A stretch of 64,000 bases of DNA from Auanema rhodensis (Eukaryota > Animalia > Nematoda), in assembly GCA_964057225.1 (NCBI GenBank), contig OZ059900.1:16616001-16680000 (forward strand), written 5' to 3'. A program made the position numbers and the translations under genes. The notes beneath the pieces were generated by a model that was given only the letters and a program-made list of their open reading frames with translations, did not search any database and was not told the DNA's origin. Within the stretch, counting starts at the first letter, position 1. Every line of letters begins with the position of its first letter. Of the stretch, positions 53,401 to 64,000 are shown one piece after another.

Positions 53401-56400
53401 TAGAAAATTAAGGAAATTAGCATATTCTGAGGGCACGCCCCTTATGGCTAATATTGATTAAATCGATTTTTGTTCATATGAGTCGTCAAATGCAACGAAT
53501 TTCAGCGTGTTACATACTAAAATGAAGCATTTTACATGCTGAACACTAGAAAAGTACAAAAACACAGTATTTCCCATGAGAAATATTTTATCATGCTGGA
53601 AAACCAGTTTTTGGAAATTTCGCTGTAAACAAGGTTTTGACTTACGATTTCATGTGTTCAAACTCATGCAATGTCAATGAAACCTAGCTCAAAATTGTTT
53701 GTACAACGTCTAGTTCCACTTTCACGACAAAAAAACAAGGGTTAGAAAATTAAGGAAATTAGCATATTCTGAGGGCACGCCCCTTATGGCTAATATTGAT
53801 TAAATCGATTTTTGTTCATATGAGTCGTCAAATGCAACGAATTTCAGCGTGTTACATACTAAAATGAAGCATTTTACATGCTGAACACTAGAAAAATACA
53901 AAAACACAGTATTTCCCATGAGAAATATTTTATTATGCTGGAAAACCAGTTTTTGGAAATTTCGCTGTAAACAAGGTTTTGACTTACGATTTCATGTGTT
54001 CAAACTCATGCAATGTCAATGAAACCTAGCTCAAAATTGTTCGTACAACGTCTAGTTCCACTTTCACGACAAAAAAACAGGGGTTAGAAAATTAAGGAAA
54101 TTAGCATATTCTGAGGGCACGCCCCTTATGGCTAATATTGATTAAATCGATTTTTGTTCATATGAGTCGTCAAATGCAACGAATTTCAGCGTGTTACACA
54201 CTAAAATGAAGCATTTCACATGCTGAACACTAGAAGAATACAAAACACAGTATTTCCTATGAGAAATATTTTATTATGCTGGAAAACCAGTTTTTCGAAA
54301 TTTCGCTGTAAACAAGGTTTTGACTTACGATTTCATGTGTTCAAACTCATGCAATGTCAATGAAACCTAGCTCAAAATTGTTCGTACAACGTCTAGTTCC
54401 ACTTTCACGACAAAAAAACAAGGGTTAGAAAATTAAGGAAATTAGCATATTCTGAGGGCACGCCCCTTATGGCTAATATTGATTAAATCGATTTTTGTTC
54501 ATATGAGTCGTCAAATGCAACGAATTTCAGCGTGTTACATACTAAAATGAAGCATTTCACATGCTGAACACTAGAAAAATACAAAAACACAGTATTTCCC
54601 ATGAGAAATATTTTATTATGCTGGAAAACCAGTTTTTGGAAATTTCGCTGTAAACAAGGTTTTGACTTACGATTTCATGTGTTCAAACTCATGCAATGTC
54701 AATGAAACCTAGCTCAAAATTGTTCGTACAACGTCTAGTTCCACTTTCACGACAAAAAAACAGGGGTTAGAAAATTAAGGAAATTAGCATATTCTGAGGG
54801 CACGCCCCTTATGGCTAATATTGATTAAATCGATTTTTGTTCATATGAGTCGTCAAATGCAACGAATTTCAGCGTGTTACATACTAAAATGAAGCATTTT
54901 ACATGCTGAACACTAGAAAAATACAAAAACACAGTATTTCCCATGAGAAATATTTTATCATGCTGGAAAACCAGTTTTTGGAAATTTCGCTGTAAACAAG
55001 GTTTTGACTTACGATTTCATGTGTTCAAACTCATGCAATGTCAATGAAACCTAGCTCAAAATTGTTTGTACAACGTCTAGTTCCACTTTCACGACAAAAA
55101 AACAAGGGTTAGAAAATTAAGGAAATTAGCATATTCTGAGGGCACGCCCCTTATGGCTAATATTGATTAAATCGATTTTTGTTCATATGAGTCGTCAAAT
55201 GCAACGAATTTCAGCGTGTTACATACTAAAATGAAGCATTTTACATGCTGAACACTAGAAAAATACAAAAACACAGTATTTCCCATGAGAAATATTTTAT
55301 TATGCTGGAAAACCAGTTTTTGGAAATTTCGCTGTAAACAAGGTTTTGACTTACGATTTCATGTGTTCAAACTCATGCAATGTCAATGAAACCTAGCTCA
55401 AAATTGTTCGTACAACGTCTAGTTCCACTTTCACGACAAAAAAACAGGGGTTAGAAAATTAAGGAAATTAGCATATTCTGAGGGCACGCCCCTTATGGCT
55501 AATATTGATTAAATCGATTTTTGTTCATATGAGTCGTCAAATGCAACGAATTTCAGCGTGTTACACACTAAAATGAAGCATTTCACATGCTGAACACTAG
55601 AAGAATACAAAAACACAGTTTTTCCATGAGAAATATTTTATTATGCTGGAAAACCAGTTTTTGGAAATTTCGCTGTAAACAAGGTTTTGACTTACGATTT
55701 CATGTGTTCAAACTCATGCAATGTCAATGAAACCTAGCTCAAAATTGTTCGTACAACGTCTAGTTCCACTTTCACGACAAAAAAACAGGGGTTAGAAAAT
55801 TAAGGAAATTAGCATATTCTGAGGGCACGCCCCTTATGGCTAATATTGATTAAATCGATTTTTGTTCATATGAGTCGTCAAATGCAACGAATTTCAGCGT
55901 GTTACACACTAAAATGAAGCATTTCACATGCTGAACACTAGAAGAATACAAAAACACAGTTTTTCCATGAGAAATATTTTATTATGCTGGAAAACCAGTT
56001 TTTCGAAATTTCGCTGTAAACAAGGTTTTGACTTACGATTTCATGTGTTCAAACTCATGCAATGTCAATGAAACCTAGCTCAAAATTGTTCGTACAACGT
56101 CTAGTTCCACTTTCACGACAAAAAAACAAGGGTTAGAAAATTAAGGAAATTAGCATATTCTGAGGGCACGCCCCTTATGGCTAATATTGATTAAATCGAT
56201 TTTTGTTCATATGAGTCGTCAAATGCAACGAATTTCAGCGTGTTACATACTAAAATGAAGCATTTTACATGCTGAACACTAGAAAAATACAAAAACACAG
56301 TATTTCCCATGAGAAATATTTTATTATGCTGGAAAACCAGTTTTTGGAAATTTCGCTGTAAACAAGGTTTTGACTTACGATTTCATGTGTTCAAACTCAT

Positions 56401-59400
56401 GCAAGGTCAATGAAACCTAGCTCAAAATTGTTCGTACAACGTCTAGTTCCACTTTCACGACAAAAAAACAGGGGTTAGAAAATTAAGGAAATTAGCATAT
56501 TCTGAGGGCACGCCCCTTATGGCTAATATTGATTAAATCGATTTTTGTTCATATGAGTCGTCAAATGCAACGAATTTCAGCGTGTTACATACTAAAATGA
56601 AGCATTTTACATGCTGAACACTAGAAGAATACAAAAACACAGTATTTCCCATGAGAAATATTTTATTATGCTGGAAAACCAGTTTGTGGAAATTTCGCTG
56701 TAAACAAGGTTTTGACTTACGATTTCATGTGTTCAAACTCATGCAATGTCAATGAAACCTAGCTCAAAATTGTTCGTACAACGTCTAGTTCCACTTTCAC
56801 GACAAAAAAACAGGGGTTAGAAAATTAAGGAAATTAGCATATTCTGAGGGCACGCCCCTTATGGCTAATATTGATTAAATCGATTTTTGTTCATATGAGT
56901 CGTCAAATGCAACGAATTTCAGCGTGTTACATACTAAAATGAAGCATTTTACATGCTGAACACTAGAAAAATACAAAAACACAGTATTTCCCATGAGAAA
57001 TATTTTATCATGCTGGAAAACCAGTTTTTGGAAATTTCGCTGTAAACAAGGTTTTGACTTACGATTTCATGTGTTCAAACTCATGCAATGTCAATGAAAC
57101 CTAGCTCAAAATTGTTTGTACAACGTCTAGTTCCACTTTCACGACAAAAAAACAAGGGTTAGAAAATTAAGGAAATTAGCATATTCTGAGGGCACGCCCC
57201 TTATGGCTAATATTGATTAAATCGATTTTTGTTCATATGAGTCGTCAAATGCAACGAATTTCAGCGTGTTACATACTAAAATGAAGCATTTTACATGCTG
57301 AACACTAGAAAAATACAAAAACACAGTATTTCCCATGAGAAATATTTTATTATGCTGGAAAACCAGTTTTTGGAAATTTCGCTGTAAACAAGGTTTTGAC
57401 TTACGATTTCATGTGTTCAAACTCATGCAATGTCAATGAAACCTAGGTCAAAATTGTTCGTACAACGTCTAGTTCCACTTTCACGACAAAAAAACAGGGG
57501 TTAGAAAATTAAGGAAATTAGCATATTCTGAGGGCACGCCCCTTATGGCTAATATTGATTAAATCGATTTTTGTTCATATGAGTCGTCAAATGCAACGAA
57601 TTTCAGCGTGTTACACACTAAAATGAAGCATTTCACATGCTGAACACTAGAAGAATACAAAAACACAGTATTTCCCATGAGAAATATTTTATTATGCTGG
57701 AAAACCAGTTTTTGGAAATTTCGCTGTAAACAAGGTTTTGACTTACGATTTCATGTGTTCAAACTCATGCAATGTCAATGAAACCTAGCTCAAAATTGTT
57801 CGTACAACGTCTAGTTCCACTTTCACGACAAAAAAACAGGGGTTAGAAAATTAAGGAAATTAGCATATTCTGAGGGCACGCCCCTTATGGCTAATATTGA
57901 TTAAATCGATTTTTGTTCATATGAGTCGTCAAATGCAACGAATTTCAGCGTGTTACATACTAAAATGAAGCATTTTACATGCTGAACACTAGAAAAATAC
58001 AAAAACACAGTATTTCCCATGAGAAATATTTTATCATGCTGGAAAACCAGTTTTTGGAAATTTCGCTGTAAACAAGGTTTTGACTTACGATTTCATGTGT
58101 TCAAACTCATGCAATGTCAATGAAACCTAGCTCAAAATTGTTTGTACAACGTCTAGTTCCACTTTCACGACAAAAAAACAAGGGTTAGAAAATTAAGGAA
58201 ATTAGCATATTCTGAGGGCACGCCCCTTATGGCTAATATTGATTAAATCGATTTTTGTTCATATGAGTCGTCAAATGCAACGAATTTCAGCGTGTTACAT
58301 ACTAAAATGAAGCATTTTACATGCTGAACACTAGAAAAATACAAAAACACAGTATTTCCCATGAGAAATATTTTATTATGCTGGAAAACCAGTTTTTGGA
58401 AATTTCGCTGTAAACAAGGTTTTGACTTACGATTTCATGTGTTCAAACTCATGCAATGTCAATGAAACCTAGCTCAAAATTGTTCGTACAACGTCTAGTT
58501 CCACTTTCACGACAAAAAAACAGGGGTTAGAAAATTAAGGAAATTAGCATATTCTGAGGGCACGCCCCTTATGGCTAATATTGATTAAATCGATTTTTGT
58601 TCATATGAGTCGTCAAATGCAACGAATTTCAGCGTGTTACACACTAAAATGAAGCATTTCACATGCTGAACACTAGAAGAATACAAAAACACAGTATTTC
58701 CCATGAGAAATATTTTATTATGCTGGAAAACCAGTTTTTCGAAATTTCGCTGTAAACAAGGTTTTGACTTACGATTTCATGTGTTCAAACTCATGCAATG
58801 TCAATGAAACCTAGCTCAAAATTGTTCGTACAACGTCTAGTTCCACTTTCACAACAAAAAAACAAGGGTTAGAAAATTAAGGAAATTAGCATATTCTGAG
58901 GGCACGCCCCTTATGGCTAATATTGATTAAATCGATTTTTGTTCATATGAGTCGTCAAATGCAACGAATTTCAGCGTGTTACATACTAAAATGAAGCATT
59001 TTACATGCTGAACACTAGAAAAATACAAAAACACAGTATTTCCCATGAGAAATATTTTATTATGCTGGAAAACCAGTTTTTGGAAATTTCGCTGTAAACA
59101 AGGTTTTGACTTACGATTTCATGTGTTCAAACTCATGCAATGTCAATGAAACCTAGCTCAAAATTGTTCGTACAACGTCTAGTTCCACTTTCACGACAAA
59201 AAAACAGGGGTTAGAAAATTAAGGAAATTAGCATATTCTGGGGGTACGCCCCTTATGGCTAATATTGATTAAATCGATTTTTGTTCATATGAGTCGTCAA
59301 ATGCAACGAATTTCAGCGTGTTACATACTAAAATGAAGCATTTTACATGCTGAACACTAGAAAAATACAAAAACACAGTATTTCCCATGAGAAATATTTT

Positions 59401-60173
59401 ATTATGCTGGAAAACCAGTTTTTGGAAATTTCGCTGTAAACAAGGTTTTGACTTACGATTTCATGTGTTCAAACTCATGCAATGTCAATGAAACCTAGGT
59501 CAAAATTGTTCGTACAACGTCTAGTTCCACTTTCACGACAAAAAAACAGGGGTTAGAAAATTAAGGAAATTAGCATATTCTGAGGGCACGCCCCTTATGG
59601 CTAATATTGATTAAATCGATTTTTGTTCATATGAGTCGTCAAATGCAACGAATTTCAGCGTGTTACATACTAAAATGAAGCATTTTACATGCTGAACACT
59701 AGAAAAATACAAAAACACAGTATTTCAAATGAGAAATATTTTATTATGCTGGAAAACCAGTTTTTGGAAAGTTCGCTGTAAACAAGGTTTTGACTTACGA
59801 TTTCATGTGTTCAAACTCATGCAATGTCAATGAAACCTAGCTCAAAATTGTTCGTACAACGTCTAGTTCCACTTTCACGACAAAAAAACAGGTGTTAGAA
59901 AATTAAGGAAATTAGCATATTCTGAGGGCACGCCCCTTATGGCTAATATTGATTAAATCGATTTTTGTTCATATGAGTCGTCAAATGCAACGAATTTCAG
60001 CGTGTTACAAACTAAAATGAAGCATTTTACATGCTGAACACTAGAAAAATACAAAAACACAGTATTCCCCATGAGAAATATTTTATTATGCTGGAAAACC
60101 AGTTTTTGGAAATTTCGCTGTAAACAAGGTTTTGACTTACGATTTCATGTGTTCAAACTCATGCAATGTCAAT
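32482..60173. repeat. Macro-repeat copy 2 (81 monomers, M96-M176)
   Basis: The same markers occur at M100, M103, M127, M130, M141, M165, M174 and M175. The offset to copy 1 steps 90, 82, 79, 87 monomers. Confidence 0.9.
48553..55387. repeat. Local 8-monomer higher-order repeat (2734 bp), about 2.5 copies
   Basis: The monomer with a 1-bp deletion + 239T starts at 48553, 51287 and 54021. The monomer with 114G + GTTTTTCCAT starts at 49920 and 52654. Confidence 0.88.
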
Positions 60174-63100
60174 GAAACCTAGCTCAAAATTGTTCGTACA
60201 ACGTCTAGTTCCACTTTCACGACAAAAAAACAGGGGTTAGAAAATTAAGGAAATTAGCATATTCTGAGGGCACGCCCCTTATGGCTAATATTGATTAAAT
60301 CGATTTTTGTTCATATGAGTCGTCAAATGCAACGAATTTCAGCGTGTTACATACTAAAATGAAGCATTTTACATGCTGAACACTAGAAAAATACAAAAAC
60401 ACAGTATTTCCCATGAGAAATATTTTATTATGCTGGAAAACCAGTTTTTGGAAATTTCGCTGTAAACAAGGTTTTGACTTACGATTTCATGTGTTCAAAC
60501 TCATGCAATGTCAATGAAACCTAGCTCAAAATTGTTCGTACAACGTCTAGTTCCACTTTCACGACAAAAAAACAGGGGTTAGAAAATTAAGGAAATTAGC
60601 ATATTCTGAGGGCACGCCCCTTATGGCTAATATTGATTAAATCGATTTTTGTTCATATGAGTCGTCAAATGCAACGAATTTCAGCGTGTTACATACTAAA
60701 ATGAAGCATTTTACATGCTGAACACTAGAAAAATACAAAAACACAGTATTTCAAATGAGAAATATTTTATTATGCTGGAAAACCAGTTTTTGGAAATTTC
60801 GCTGTAAACAAGGTTTTGACTTACGATTTCATGTGTTCAAACTCATGCAATGTCAATGAAACCTAGCTCAAAATTGTTCGTACAACGTCTAGTTCCACTT
60901 TCACGACAAAAAAACAGGGGTTAGAAAATTAAGGAAATTAGCATATTCTGAGGGCACGCCCGTTATGGCTAATATTGATTAAATCGATTTTTGTTCATAT
61001 GAGTCGTCAAATGCAACGAATTTCAGCGTGTTACAAACTAAAATGAAGCATTTTACATGCTGAACACTAGAAAAATACAAAAACACAGTGTTTCCCATGA
61101 GAAATATTTTATTATGCTGGAAAACCAGTTTTTGGAAATTTCGCTGTAAACAAGGTTTTGACTTACGATTTCATGTGTTCAAACTCATGCAATGTCAATG
61201 AAACCTAGCTCAAAATTGTTCGTACAACGTCTAGTTCCACTTTCACGACAAAAAAACAGGGGTTAGAAAATTAAGGAAATTAGCATATTCTGAGGGCACG
61301 CCCCTCATGGCTAATATTGATTAAATCGATTTTTGTTCATATGAGTCGTCAAATGCAACGAATTTCAGCGTGTTACATACTAAAATGAAGCATTTTACAT
61401 GCTGAACACTAGAAAAATACAAAAACACAGTATTTCCCATGAGAAATATTTTATTATGCTGGAAAACCAGTTTTTGGAAATTTCGCTGTAAACAAGGTTT
61501 TGACTTACGATTTCATGTGTTCAAACTCATGCAATGTCAATGAAACCTAGCTCAAAATTGTTCGTACAACGTCTAGTTCCACTTTCACGACAAAAAAACA
61601 GGGGTTAGAAAATTAAGGAAATTAGCATATTCTGAGGGCACGCCCCTTATGGCTAATATTGATTAAATCGATTTTTGTTCATATGAGTCGTCAAATGCAA
61701 CGAATTTCAGCGTGTTACATACTAAAATGAAGCATTTTACATGCTGAACACTAGAAAAATACAAAAACACAGTATTCCCCATGAGAAATATTTTATTATG
61801 CTGGAAAACCAGTTTTTGGAAATTTCGCTGTAAACAAGGTTTTGACTTACGATTTCATGTGTTCAAACTCATGCAATGTCAATGAAACCTAGCTCAAAAT
61901 TGTTCGTACAACGTCTAGTCCCACTTTCACGACAAAAAAACAGGGGTTAGAAAATTAAGGAAATTAGCATATTCTGAGGGCACGCCCCTTATGGCTAATA
62001 TTGATTAAATCGATTTTTGTTCATATGAGTCGTCAAATGCAACGAATTTCAGCGTGTTACATACTAAAATGAAGCATTTTACATGCTGAACACTAGAAAA
62101 ATACAAAAACACAGTATTTCCCATGAGAAATATTTTATTATGCTGGAAAACCAGTTTTTGGAAATTTCGCTGTAAACAAGGTTTTGACTTACGATTTCAT
62201 GTGTTCAAACTCATGCAATGTCAATGAAACCTAGCTCAAAATTGTTCGTACAACGTCTAGTTCCACTTTCACGACAAAAAAACAGGGGTTAGAAAATTAA
62301 GGAAATTAGCATATTCTGAGGGCACGCCCCTTATGGCTAATATTGATTAAATCGATTTTTGTTCATATGAGTCGTCAAATGCAACGAATTTCAGCGTGTT
62401 ACATACTAAAATGAAGCATTTTACATGCTGAACACTAGAAAAATACAAAAACACAGTATTTCCCATGAGAAATATTTTATTATGCTGGAAAACCAGTTTT
62501 TGGAAATTTCGCTGTAAACAAGGTTTTGACTTACGATTTCATGTGTTCAAACTCATGCAATGTCAATGAAACCTAGCTCAAAATTGTTCGTACAACGTCT
62601 AGTTCCACTTTCACGACAAAAAAACAGGGGTTAGAAAATTAAGGAAATTAGCATATTCTGAGGGCACGCCCCTTATGGCTAATATTGATTAAATCGATTT
62701 TTGTTCATATGAGTCGTCAAATGCAACGAATTTCAGCGTGTTACATACTAAAATGAAGCATTTTACATGCTGAACACTAGAAAAATACAAAAACACAGTA
62801 TTTCAAATGAGAAATATTTTATTATGCTGGAAAACCAGTTTTTGGAAATTTCGCTGTAAACAAGGTTTTGACTTACGATTTCATGTGTTCAAACTCATGC
62901 AATGTCAATGAAACCTAGCTCAAAATTGTTCGTACAACGTCTAGTTCCACTTTCACGACAAAAAAACAGGGGTTAGAAAATTAAGGAAATTAGCATATTC
63001 TGAGGGCACGCCCCTTATGGCTAATATTGATTAAATCGATTTTTGTTCATATGAGTCGTCAAATGCAACGAATTTCAGCGTGTTACAAACTAAAATGAAG

Positions 63101-64000
63101 CATTTTACATGCTGAACACTAGAAAAATACAAAAACACAGTATTCCCCATGAGAAATATTTTATTATGCTGGAAAACCAGTTTTTGGAAATTTCGCTGTA
63201 AACAAGGTTTTGACTTACGATTTCATGTGTTCAAACTCATGCAATGTCAATGAAACCTAGCTCAAAAATGTTCGTACAACGTCTAGTTCCACTTTCACGA
63301 CAAAAAAACAGGGGTTAGAAAATTAAGGAAATTAGCATATTCTGAGGGCACGCCCCTTATGGCTAATATTGATTAAATCGATTTTTGTTCATATGAGTCG
63401 TCAAATGCAACGAATTTCAGCGTGTTACATACTAAAATGAAGCATTTTACATGCTGAACACTAGAAAAATACAAAAACACAGTATTTCCCATGAGAAATA
63501 TTTTATTATGCTGGAAAACCAGTTTTTGGAAATTTCGCTGTAAACAAGGTTTTGACTTACGATTTCATGTGTTCAAACTCATGCAATGTCAATGAAACCT
63601 AGCTCAAAATTGTTCGTACAACGTCTAGTTCCACTTTCACGACAAAAAAACAGGGGTTAGAAAATTAAGGAAATTAGCATATTCTGAGGGCACGCCCCTT
63701 ATGGCTAATATTGATTAAATCGATTTTTGTTCATATGAGTCGTCAAATGCAACGAATTTCAGCGTGTTACATACTAAAATGAAGCATTTTACATGCTGAA
63801 CACTAGAAAAATACAAAAACACAGTATTTCAAATGAGAAATATTTTATTATGCTGGAAAACCAGTTTTTGGAAATTTCGCTGTAAACAAGGTTTTGACTT
63901 ACGATTTCATGTGTTCAAACTCATGCAATGTCAATGAAACCTAGCTCAAAATTGTTCGTACAACGTCTAGTTCCACTTTCACGACAAAAAAACAGGGGTT
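60174..64000. repeat. Start of macro-repeat copy 3 (M177-M188, equivalent to M1-M12)
   Basis: M177-M187 match M1-M11 variant for variant, including rare 105G (789 vs 60962). The only difference seen is T>C at 61920. Confidence 0.9.

Larger units (their letters stand above)
1..64000. repeat. 342-bp tandem satellite DNA array (187 full monomers + 65 bp), probably eukaryotic centromeric/pericentromeric; extends beyond both window edges
   Basis: GAAACCTAGCTCAAAA recurs at 1, 343, 685 ... 63936. 63935 = 187x342 - 19, matching the 19 deleted bases seen (two 3-bp and thirteen 1-bp deletions). No inversions or insertions. Centromeric location is inference only. Confidence 0.99.

Noticed and set aside
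1-64000. CRISPR array or other repeat-spacer system
   Set aside because: There are no unique spacers, the entire 342-bp unit repeats, and no cas or other genes are present.
1-64000. Pure technical concatemer (rolling-circle or amplification artefact)
   Set aside because: Variants are shared, linked and hierarchically ordered rather than random errors on one template. Individual duplications still need read validation.

Overview
The whole 64 kb window is one uninterrupted head-to-tail tandem array of a 342-bp AT-rich (34% GC) satellite: 187 complete monomers plus 65 bp, all in one orientation, each within about 0-6 differences of the consensus. I see no genes, RNA genes, transposons, CRISPR spacers or unique DNA. 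The three 69-aa ORFs arise from one SNP that removes a stop codon. The array resembles eukaryotic centromeric or pericentromeric satellite, but I do not recognise the family or species. The information lies in the order of about 40 variant alleles, which I typed by eye (M1 = 1-342; 'pos' = position within the monomer). That order shows: (i) a hidden ~30-kb macro-repeat (1-32481, 32482-60173, third copy from 60174); (ii) two alternating allele subfamilies; (iii) nested 3-, 4-, 7- and 8-monomer duplications, some with chimeric junction monomers; (iv) a 7-copy single-monomer burst; (v) at least one length-neutral, long-range conversion-like tract. The monomer carries a CENP-B-box-like 17-mer, many dyad symmetries, A/T tracts at roughly helical spacing and weak traces of a 2 x 171 bp origin. 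Many variant alleles appear to perfect local inverted repeats. There is no evidence for a novel protein-coding system.
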